Shown piece by piece: positions 39,701-51,700 of a DNA stretch of 64,000 nucleotides. Made by a program: the position numbers and the translations under genes. The stretch is taken from NCBI GenBank assembly GCA_964106915.2, contig OZ066919.1; one strand, given 5' to 3'. The DNA comes from Podarcis gaigeae. Its lineage: Eukaryota. A model generated the notes under the pieces. It was not told the DNA's origin. It did no database searches and was given only the letters and a program-made list of their open reading frames with translations. How positions within the stretch are numbered: position 1 is the first letter of the stretch; each line of letters begins with the position of its first letter.

Positions 39701-42700
39701 ACTTCTGAACATTTATATATAGATGAAGTTTTAGATGTTTGTAGAACCATTATAAATGTTTTTTTCTATCGATTTTGAACTCAAATAAGCAGCAATGTAA
39801 TAAATAGCATGAATAAGCAATATGAGATATTTTGGAATGTATTCACTGTCAAGAACAGTTTGCTAGGCTGTTAGTTTATGAATTCTGACTAAGATGCATT
39901 CCACTAGCTCTACACTAAGCAAGATCTCATACTATTTTAGCAAAAATGTTAATAGGAGCAATCATTTAGCATATAAAAATCATCAATCAGTGCTGAAGCA
40001 TTGATAAATGTACTGATTTTTACCTTATTTCTAAAGTAGCTAAAATGCCATACTGCCTATTTTTAATTTGTCTTACGATAGCATAGTTAATTTCTGTATC
40101 AGTTGTTTTGACATTTCACATATCTACAAATTATGCTTGCACCGTTTCTATCTAACCCCTCTGGTAGAACTAGATGTTACGATAAACATGAGGCAGCCTG
40201 GTTTCAAGTTTTCTCCTCTACAATTACTGGTTTGCCTGTAACACTAAACCAGGCATAGGCAAACTCGGCCCTCCAGATGTTTTGGGACTACAACTCCCAT
40301 CATCCCTGGCCACTGGTCCTGTTAGCTAGGGATGGTGGGAGTTGTAGTCCCAAAACATCTGGAGGCAGAGTTTGCCTATGCCTGCACTACACCATGCCTT
40401 AAAGTCATCCTACATCACTTTCTTCAGAGGAATGAGCTGTAAACCTTTCGTGGAAGCAGATTCAGTGCAGATCCATAGCTCTTCATTCTTAAAGACTTTT
40501 TTGTAAAAACAGTTGATGTTATGGAGGCAGATAGGCAAGATAAGGCCATAGGCAAGATAAGGCAGGAGGTCGTGTTTTGTGGCAGAGATCCAAATCACTA
40601 CAGGGAGAACATACATATGTGCAGTAGGGATTCAGAGGTCCTGCTTTCTGATCCATAACACTGAAAATAAGAATGCACCATGACATATATTTAATTCAAC
40701 AATGAACTGTTGGTTTGATCACAGGCTTCTATTTCTAAATTATAAGTAGATGTTGTCTAGTACAGAACTTGTAATATTCAGCAAGTAGGCTGGATTCCAG
40801 CTAGTGTAGCACATAGGCATATTAATTATTGCAGTCCACCTAGTTCATATACGAACCTTTAGCCTAGTTCTTGGTTATAGTTTCCTAACCTCTGTTACTT
40901 CTGACTTATAGGGTATCTTTGTTACTAGGGTTCAGCCTGATGGACCAGCATCCAACCTGCTCCAGCCTGGTGATAAGATTATTCAAGTAAGCAAAATCTT
41001 TTACTTAACAAAAGCATGGATTCAGTGCAAATATTCCTTCACATGTGCATGCTACGGTATTGTTCTTTTCCCTGCTTTCCCATAGTAACCTTTAGATGAC
41101 CTCAGGTGGGGATTCAGGTTTGGTAGGAACGGCAATGTGCACTGGTGAAAACAACCCCCTCGTGAGTAGGTGTGAGCCCAGTGGTGGAAAGGGTGGCTTA
41201 AGTAGTCTTTGGGGCACATGAAGGAGCAAAATGGCTAGTGTGCCAGAGACGAATTAGTTGCTTCCTTTGCAGGTTTAGGTACTTGTTACATCTCTGACCC
41301 AGTTGTGGACTGGATTCTGCAAGTTGGAGAATGACCCCTTTTTTTTACTTGATTTCCATGAAACAATGTAAAGTTTGCCCAGTCTGAAGTTTTCCTGAAT
41401 ATATATTGCTAATATACAGAACTTTGTGTTTTACTCCTTCATGTGTGTTTTTTTGCATTGGCTCCATTGAAACTGAAGCCAGCTGGGGAGATGCCCGTGT
41501 GCAACTGGTGTCAGAAACAGTGGTGAGATCAGGGCAACGATCCACATCATTCTCCCCCTCCTCCCTTAACTATGATTTTGTGGTAATAAAATTGAAAAGA
41601 ACACAAAAGAGCCAAATATTTTTGAGGAAGGGATTTTGTTTGATTTTTAGGTTATAATGAAATGTAGTGCGACTAGATTGCAACCTCTGGGATTTTTGAA
41701 TTATTTACAAAACGTTCATGCTAACACAGGGACACATCCAGTTTACTTTTCTTCATGCTCAAAACAAAACTGAAAATGTAGCTTAGACCATTGCTAATGA
41801 CAAGGACGGTGCTGGGCAAGTTTCCCTTTTACAGTTATTTTTTTTATTTGTTTACACTTTTTCCATGCTTTTCACTATTCGTTGCTGTTCTTCAGTATTA
41901 AAATTAGAGCATGGAAGAGATACTGTTAAAGCATTTGTTCAAAACAGATCTTAGCAAAAATAATTTAGATACCTTGTGCTATGGTTTGCTCAGGCTTGAC
42001 ACTTCCTGTCTGAGTCAGTTGCTTCTGCAATAATGAAAGGCAAGCCTGCAGCCACCTTTTTTCAGTGGTCATATCCATATCAGAAGCACTCTTAAGCACC
42101 TCCTGCTTTCTGCTGATTTCTCCTGTGCAAGTCCCTCATCTGTATGCACTGCAGAACAGGACAGTTACAGAAGGATATTGGGCCTCGATATCTTTCCAAT
42201 ACCTAGGGCACAATGTTATGTCCACAACAGGGAAAGAGCCAGGGAGCATTCATTTGAATGTGCCTATTTTATTTATGGATCTTGCTGAGATAACAGTTAT
42301 CATGGTGGTCACCTACTGAATCATAATTCACAATGGTTGCCTGACACCAGTTTTGCCATTGCAACACATTCCATTATAAAGGGCATATAAGAAGAATAGT
42401 GTCAATTAAATAATAATTATTTTAAAGGGTTTTTTGTTACAATGTTTGGTTTCGCAGCATGGTTTACAGTTAGGTGATCAATAAGTTTGCCTACCTATAC
42501 GCAACTGTTTAACCATCAGCAGGACATGAAGCAGGGAGTTGTATGGGAGAGGGGAGTCCTTAACTTGATAATTTGCTAGGTCCCACAAGAGATAAGTTTT
42601 GTGAACTGGCCCACAGAATGGCATTCGAATCCATAAGTACAACAACTCACTTAAGTTTATATCAAATATATGATTATTGTGCAGCATTTGTTTCACTTTT

Positions 42701-45700
42701 CTAAATTGCTTGTCTCTTTGAGAATGGAACTTTTGTTAATGAAATAAGAAAAAACAAGCTCCTCTTGTGCTTGTTCCCCCACTCCCGTAGGTGCCTGTCA
42801 TGCATCCTGCATTCATTCTCCTACTTTCTCACTTATTCATTTATCTGTACAGATATTGCACATCTCTTCTTCCTTCTCTCTTGTTCACTGTAGGCCCATC
42901 TCCTTTTCTCTATATATTAACAGAGCACATGCTCTTGGTTTCTATAGAGAAAAAGAAGGAAATCCACAAATGCTTAAAAAGAAAAAAAAACTTAACATCT
43001 GAATTTGCAAACAAAGGATATTTTCTACATTTGTTTCAGCTGTTATTTACTGTCAGCTTTATCGGATGATAGTATACTGTAACTAGTTTGATTACTGAAG
43101 TAACTTGTAGAGCATGTAATTTCCCTGGTGTTCTGTGAATCTGTGGATAACCTTAAGAGGGGAACAAGAATTTCCTGGCAGACCTGGATTGGAACTCTGG
43201 CCACTTCAAAACAACTTCAGAGCGGGGTGCAGTTTTCAGGGCAGAGAAGTTGCAGGAGAGAAGAGGTAGGTGATGTGAGTTTAGCAGCTTCCCCCTCCTT
43301 CCTCAGCAGCTTCCTCACTGCAGCCCCAGCCCCAGTGTATTTGGCAGTTTGAGGAAGAGAGGGAAGTGGAGGGCAGGAAAAGGGTTGAGCACTTGCACCT
43401 ACTTGCCACTTCTCCCTTGCAAATCATACCCTCGTTTTTGTTTTCAGCTTTTAAGTAGCAACTGGCTGTCCAGACCTTTATCTGCTGTTGAACACCTAGT
43501 TTGTCCTAACAGGGTTATTTGAAGCTCCTGAATATAATTCACCTTCCCCATTACATTCCCTTTATATGATGGAAAAATGAGTCCCATGTTCCATTATGCT
43601 AATCACCATAGGAACTTCCTACAAGTATCATTGTGCAGAGAGCTGGCCCGCCTATGAGGCAGGGTAAGTTAGTCACTCGAGAAGAAGCCCTTATGGAGTT
43701 TGCCTGCTCCCCATCATGGGGGCAGCAGCAGGGCATTTTGCCTCAGGTGCCAAAATGCTTCAGGCTGCCCCTGGTGGTACAAGCTTGAAATAGGGCACAA
43801 GAGGTTGAGCAACCTACAGTGGCTCAAGTCTATGCGATTTGGTATGTTCTAAGATGCTGAGAGACTAGACACCTCTGAGGTAGTAGTTGGCTCCTACCTG
43901 GTGGGAATGAGGTTTGTAAGACATCTGGTGGAGCACAAAACAGAGGTGCAAAGTGTGCACTAGGCCCTGGAGGCTGCAGGGTTCACTGGTGCAGCACTTC
44001 AGTGTACAAGGATGAGTTTGATATTTGTGTTCTCGCCACAAAAACTTGCAACAATATACTCAAGTGGCACACAACCGCTTGAAGAGGATGTGTGAACTCC
44101 AGAGAAACTCCTTTGTCAGTTTAACAGAGCCTGTATGACGCTTAAGGAATTTGAGTTGCCACCTAGGATAGCAGTCTGAAAATAATTTTGCATAAAAATG
44201 TTAATCAAATTAGTTGTGACAACTTCAGGCTTTACTAAATCATATGGTAAGTCAGAAAGCTGAAGCAACACCATCTTATTGCCTTAGGTAATATATATTA
44301 AACAGATAATAATGATGGGAATAATTCAACTTACTGAATATTTCAGCATCAGCATATCTCTGAAACAGTATTTCATTTCAGCGTAAAAGTAATAAGTAAG
44401 GGAATTGCATACTTGGCATGAATTCTCATGATACTGTTTTTCAGTAGCCATTCACTTACTGTAAGTCCTAAATTTTATTGGAGTATTTTGCTCACTAGAA
44501 ATCTCAACAAGAAAAAATATTCTGAGGTCATATGCAGTGTTTTAACCACTGTTAGAGAGCTAATGTTAAAGGCAAAACTATAAGTAACATGGAAGAAGAA
44601 GAAGAAGAAGAAGAAGAAGAAGAAGAAGAAGAAGAAGAAGAAGAAGAAATAGAATTGGATGGGAGCAAAAACATAAAGTATAGATGTATCTTTCTCATTT
44701 CAGGGCTAATTTCAGCTGGCAGAAGGGCTGCTGTAATTGGGAAAATGACATTGCAAGGAAATCTCACTGCCTACCCACCCACCAAAAATGCCCCAGCTGC
44801 CCACATTCTTCAAGAAGGGCAGAAACAAAAAGAAATGCATCAAATTTGAAATGTGACCTACTTTCCCACTGATACCTGGTCACCTTTGCTTTTTTTACAT
44901 TGTGGTTTTATGTTGTGAAGCTGACCTAAGATCAAAAGGTATAGGGTGGTGTACAAATTTAATAAATACAATAAATAAAAAAATAATATGTCACTACAGC
45001 AAAAATCAGTGACTAAAATGTTATCCGAAAGTGCAGAAAAACAATTAAGCCAACTGCATTTACAGTACATGGCAATACTAACAAATTTAAGTTACTGAAA
45101 CAGAAATGCAAATGACACAACTTATATTGTTTTTAAGTGTTGTGATTGGCAGACAATTAAACATAAAAAATTATTAATGATAATACACTTTAAAATAATA
45201 ATTTTATTTATTAAATTTCTAAACCATCATTTATCCAAGAGCAAAAAGGTTTACAGTAGAAAAATACAAAAAGACATAACAAAACCCCACCACAGTTTTA
45301 AAGGCCTGCAAGTAGAATAATATTTTTGCTTGGCACCTAATGACGGTACCAGGCAATCCTCCCTGGGGAGAGCATTCCAGAAGTGGGGAGCCACTGCAGA
45401 AAAGGCCTGTTCATGCTGCCACCCTCTGGACCTCTCCTTTAGGAGACACACAAGGAAGGGCCTCTAATGAGGATTGCAGGGTCCAGGTCAGTTCACAGGG
45501 GGAAAGGCAATCCCATGAAAGGGATTGCAGCTTATGCCCCTCACGTTTGTGTAGTGAATACCGCAAACAAGAAAACACCAGGAAAGCACACGGTATGTCC
45601 AATACCGTCTAAATTTGTTTATCTGTTTTCAGGGTTTTTTGTTTTATTTATTAAAATCGATTATAGCTAGCATCCAAAATGATCAGCTGATGCATAAAAG

Positions 45701-48700
45701 GTAAAGGGACCCCTGACCATTAGGTCCAGTCGTTGCCGACTCTGGGGTTGCAGAGCTGGCTGAGGGAGCCAGCGTACAGCTTCCGGGTCATGTGGCCAGC
45801 ATGACGAACCAGAGCAGCGCACCAGAGCAGCGCACGGAAATGATGTTCACCTTCCCACCGGAGTGGTATCTATTTATCTACTTGCCCTTTGACGTGCTTT
45901 TGAACTGCTAGGTTGGCAGGAGCAGGGACTGAGCAATGGGAGCTCACCCAGTCATGGGGATTCGAACCACAGACCTTCTGATCAGCAAGCCCTAGACTCT
46001 GTGGTTTAACCCACAGCGCCACCCACGACCCTAAGCTGATGCATAAACCCTGCAAAAATAAGTAGAATTTACAATAGAGCTGACCTCTTCTCACAGTTGT
46101 GCTAGAGTTCTATTAATTTCAGTGGTGAAATCTCCCAGTAGATTGTGTGCATAATCAAATCCACTCCATCATAATCCAGTGTAATTAGATTGAATGTTAA
46201 CTTTTCCAAAATCCGAGGCAATAATTCAATCTTTTACTAAGTCAGAAAACACTGGTGATGTATATTGACTACATAGCAAATCAATGTAAAGTTGATGAAT
46301 GTAGCTCATTCATGTTTCCCTTTATCTGGAGCTGCTTTATAGCAGTGCTTGCAATGTCAGATTTACTGAACTTTTCAGCAAAGGAATATGGAATTGAGTC
46401 AAAGTGGTCAATTTTTCTTAATTTCCTTATGGACATTGAGCTGCTTAATCTGGATAATTCATGACACAAGAAGTAACAGTTAACAAGGAGAAAGTCGCAA
46501 ATAAAATTCCTTGTACTACTTAATGCAAACTTTGCATGTTCCAAAGTATCAGCAGTCCTTTTGCAGGACTATGCCTTCCTCATGAGGGGAAGAGGGATGG
46601 ATAAACTGCAAAATGGCCACCAACATAAGCTCCCTTCTTCTACATCACATTGGCTGAATTTTCTGGTTTGTTACTTTAGACCTGGTTCTTGGGTTCATGT
46701 TTGAGGTGTCATCACAAGATTTTTACCTTGCAAGTTTCACATCCTGAGCATTAGACGTATGTTCCTTTGCCAGGAATACTTGGTAGCATTGCTGCTGAAA
46801 TCCGTCAGTTGCAGAAAATACCTGACTGCCTCAGAAAGATCTGCTGAGGAATAGACTAAACCAGAGTATAGAAAGAAGAGGAGCATTTATCCACCCCTGT
46901 CCTATCTAGGGGATGACTGGGTCCCAGGAGTGCCTTGCTCATGATACTTTTGCCTCCGAGATCAGGTTGGCAGTCCGAGAACAAGGGTAGTTTCTTATCT
47001 AATTCATATGTGAGTACATTTCAAAAGCATATTTGCAGTGTGGAATAGATACAGTAAACACTTCCTCATGACTTTACCACACCAAGATGAACATAGGAAT
47101 TGGATCTTCACTGTTTTGTACAGTACTATAGAGAGAGTGGAAAGGAAAGTCTTAAACTTTTATTGATATGAATCCTTGACCATTCTGCTTCAAAATCTCT
47201 TCCATGACTTCCCAATTTGTAATCCAAGTTTAGCTTGTAATAGTTAAAGCCAGCCAGACTTAAGTATTTATTTAAATCCCACTTTTCCTCCAACAAGCTC
47301 AAAGATGCATGCCTAGTTCTTTGTCTCCCCATTTTATCCTCACAACAATCCTGTGAATTAGGTCAGGCTGACAGTGATTTGCCCAAAGTCCCCAACACTC
47401 CAGCCACTACATCTCTACTTGGCTGAATATGGGAAATGCCTCAGTTGAAAAGCACTGTGTTTAAGGTGTCATGGAATGATAGTTAAGTTTGTAGTGATTA
47501 ATCTTCAATAGCTCATTCCACAAGTCATAGCTGAATGCAAAATGATGAACATGTATTTGTAAACTTGTCCTTATTCCAGGAGCATAGTAAGCCATCAAGT
47601 CAAACAACTAATGGTCACCACTCAGCAAACCTTTTTGTGAAATAGCTCCTATTCCAATTTGTGAAATAGCACTTGGAAATCCCCCCAACAATCTTAATAT
47701 TTATTATTGATTATTTAAAATCAATTTAAACAAGTTTTAATAATCATTACTATAATTGATGTCTTGTATATTTTTATCCAGTATGTAGCTTCCTAGAGAC
47801 TCTAATATGTAAATATCATTACTAATAAGCAATATTGTTAGACATTCTATCACTTTTTGGTTTTCTAGGTAGATACAATAGTTGCAAATATATCATTGTT
47901 TGTGAAATCCTTGAGAAAGAATGGTTGGATTCAAAAAATACACTGGATTAGCAATGAAACCTCCTCTGTACTTGTTGAGTTCCACCTTCTACATCACTTC
48001 TGTTCTCTCTAATCCATTTTCCATGAGCTTGCTTGTTGTTCATCAACAACTATATTTATTTATTTATTTATTGTTTTGCATTAATGCTATTTCCAAGAAA
48101 GATCTTTTTCAAACTTCAGTCGTATTGAAGAGTAATATGAAAGCCAAACTAAACATCATGTGTCAGTTCCGGATGTGGGTTAAACCCTTGGCTGCCCCAG
48201 TTACATATAATGTGAGGTCATCTTACCTTTAGAGCAGGTTTTGCCACCTCGCCATCACTCCCCTCCGCTGTGTTTCACCTCAGCTGAGTTTCAGAGCTGG
48301 AAGTTAACTCAGCTGTGAGAGAAGTGCTTGAGTAAGTGGCTGGGGGAGGTACACAGCAGTCACAGCAAAAGTTCAGCTTCCCTTACCCACACACCAGTAC
48401 AGCTCCAACTCTAACCTGCCATTTATATGACTGGGTTCAAGTTGGGATTTTACAAATGGGTCTGTCACCATCACATCTAGTGCTGAATAACCTTTTCCCC
48501 ACGGGAACTCACCTCTGGCATGAAACCAACGCAGAATTATTAATGCTAAACTATCAAGCACATCCGTGTCATGTGAACTAAACTGTTACGTGTGTTCCTT
48601 AGCATATGGATTATGTCGTGAGTTTTCAGTATAAACTGCTGGCATTCAAGTACCAAGAAAGCAGGCAGTGGCAAAGTAGCCATACCACAGCCACAATACT

Positions 48701-51700
48701 TTCCTTTTTCAGATTTCAGAAGCTGGTTATTACCCTGACTACTGGCCAACCAACCTGGGGTGGTTTCATGGTAAGTCTCACAATGAGTATAAACTTGAAG
48801 TATTTTTTTTTGTAAACCAAAGTTAGCAAATGAGGTTCTGAAATATATTTGTTCTTATTGCAGATGGCACTGAGTACACATGAAGCACTGGATATCTCTT
48901 AAACCCAGTTTCAAAATCCAGGGTCTTGTTCCCTGAACAAAACAATGCCTCACTCAATCTGCTATAATGCATCATCAAACGTCTGAGTTAAGGAACTTGA
49001 GATATAAATATATATTGTTTGCCTGCCTCATGTATTGATATAGATCATCAGCAAAGAACTTTTTTTCATCACAAGACTACCTTCTGATTTTTTTTAATGA
49101 CAAATATGTCAATAACTCCCATGATATAAAGTAATTGAAGCTGTTTCAAGTAAACCCATATCTCAAGGCCAAACCATAGGAAAATGGAACATGTATTCCC
49201 AACCCCAGAAGTCCAGCATGCAGTTCTTATGAAAGGCAACTACTCTTTAGGTTTATGTTGGAAAGGAATCATATATGATCTGTTGGTTCATTATCAGAGC
49301 TCTGTTTAAATTACCATCTTTCACTACAGTGGAAAAATAATACTTTTGACATCAAATACTGCTATCAACATCCACGGCATACATTGGTATCTGTAAGGAA
49401 ACAACCTTGTGAGCTTAAAGTGTAATGGTGCCCCTTCAAGGTGGAACCACGTAGGCTAGGATGCACTGACTACACCTCACATTTGAAAGCTGAATGGGTC
49501 TATGTTTCACTGTAATTCTAATTTGGATTTCTATGCTTTCAATAGAATTATAATTTATGTGCCCTTTAATTCTGCCCTAAATAATCCATTTGATTTAGGA
49601 TTCCTTTTTGTTTTTCTGCCCCCATTTGTGCCACTACCCTATAGCATGTGCTATTATACCAGTGAATCCTTAAGAACTCATGCTCGTATACTTTTCGTAG
49701 CCAGCTGCATCTAATTATCAGGTAAAGGTTGTAAAAGGAGGAGGGCTGAAAGCTTGCTTATAAGGTAAATCACTCCTGCCAACGTACCATGTGTCAGATG
49801 ATCCACTCTGCATGTTTAGGAATCATGTTCTGATCTTTTGATGTACCCCTTGGATATAAAAAAAAACATGTTATTGGCCCTTTGCACTGCATCATGTTCA
49901 GGTAAATAGAACCAAAAATAATAATGGGTTCACTCATTTTCAGTCAGCAATCCATCTGAAATCCTCCCCCCGCCCCCTAAGACCAGTAGGATTACTCTGG
50001 AGGTAACTGGATGGAGAAATGTGCCCTGTTAAGAGTTTTTCAGTCCTTCAGTTGGAAGCCAAAATTAGGCCATCAGGATACGAGAAAGGGACATGCAGAC
50101 AGATGTTTTGCACTTAAGGCCATTTACTGCAACATGACAGACTATCAGCCTTTACAGAAAACAAAGAAACCTAAAATCTAAATGGAGTCCAGCTTCAGGC
50201 TGGCTCTCAGAAAATATTCCTCTGAGGTTTTGCACACTAAATCCAAGGCTTTGTTGAATGTCTTTGATCTGTCTGGAATTTGTACTCTTTCTCTTAAATT
50301 ATTTTCCTGCTATTTGTTAAAACATTTAAATTAATAAAAGAATTTTCTCTTTAGTGTGTGGGCTCTCTGTTCATTATATTTTTTTCTTATTCCTTGCCTG
50401 CCTGATTATGCTTATACTTTCAACACTGTGTTGCAACTTTTACAAGTTTCCCCCCACTACCACTCTGTACACACAGACCTAATTAAAGACCCTAAACTGA
50501 TCATCTCCTTGGAAGCATGGAAGGATCTCACACACATCCTGTGCTTCACCATCTACAGGTGCTTCTCTGTTTGATTACATACGGGGGGCAGCTCTCTGCA
50601 TAATGAAGGAAGTAAATGTGGAAGTCTGGACCTCCAGTTCTGTGTACATAACTCTGAATATGAATTACAGCGATCGTATCTGTTGGGAATCAAAAAGTGC
50701 CTTAGGGACACAAATCAGCTCATTGAGATTTTTTGAGTGGCTGCCCTTCCCATTACTGAGTTACTGTGGCTCAGTGCCTAGATTTTGGTTGGGGAAGAGC
50801 TAAACCGAAATTCTCACTGACTATCTTGGGTTTCTATCTGTGTTTTGGGGGGTTCGGTGCAGAAGGAGAAGCATGCATGCAGCAATGGGGTCTTTGGAGG
50901 AAAAGGTGGGATAAAGCATGTAGTATCATGAATACCTTTTAAAACAGTTCTATTTTAATTGCAGTTTGCCAAGGCAGATGATCTTGGACTCCTTTGGGAG
51001 GTGGGCTGGATAAAACTGAATAAATGTGGGTTGTGCTATTCAGTAACAGATTCAAATACACTAGATCGCAGCCACCGACACATTGTTATAAACTGTTCTT
51101 CCAGGACAGCATTTCTACATACATTCTGACATACATTTCTAGCTTTCCTTGTCAAAAATTTTGACTAAAGTATCTGTAAATGAATGAGCATTTTTACAAT
51201 GCTGGTCACCAGACTTGAGATTAGAAGAAGGAATAGGGAAATGAATAAGACCCTCCTATGAAAATAGCGCAGGTGGCGCTGTGGGTTAAAGCCTCAGCGC
51301 CTAGGACTTGCCGATCGAAAGGTCGGCGGTTCGAATCCCTGTGGCGGGGTGCGCTCCCGCTGCTCGGTCCCAGCGCCTGCCAACCTAGCAGTTCGAAAGC
51401 ACCTCCGGGTGCAAGTAGATAAATAGGGACCGCTTACCAGCGGGAAGGTAAACGGCGTTTCCGTGTGCAGCTCTGGCTCGCCAGATGCAGCTTTGTCACG
51501 CTGGCCACGTGACCCGGAAGTGTCTCCGGACAGCGCTGGCCCCTGGCCTCTTGAGTGAGATGGGCGCACAACCCCAGAGTCTGTCAAGACTGGCCCGTAC
51601 GGGCAGGGGTACCTTTACCTTTACCTTTTATGAAAATAATACTGGTCCTGTTCAGATATGGTTTGACTATCATGTGGCTTGTTTCATTCCCGATCGTATG

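Noticed and set aside
38671-40616. Twin minus-strand ORFs ([18 protein letters not shown]...) as duplicated small genes
   Set aside because: They only reflect the 229-bp intronic duplication; no coding evidence.
44552-44849. Poly-Glu and poly-Ser ORFs
   Set aside because: Translation artefacts of the (GAA)19 microsatellite.
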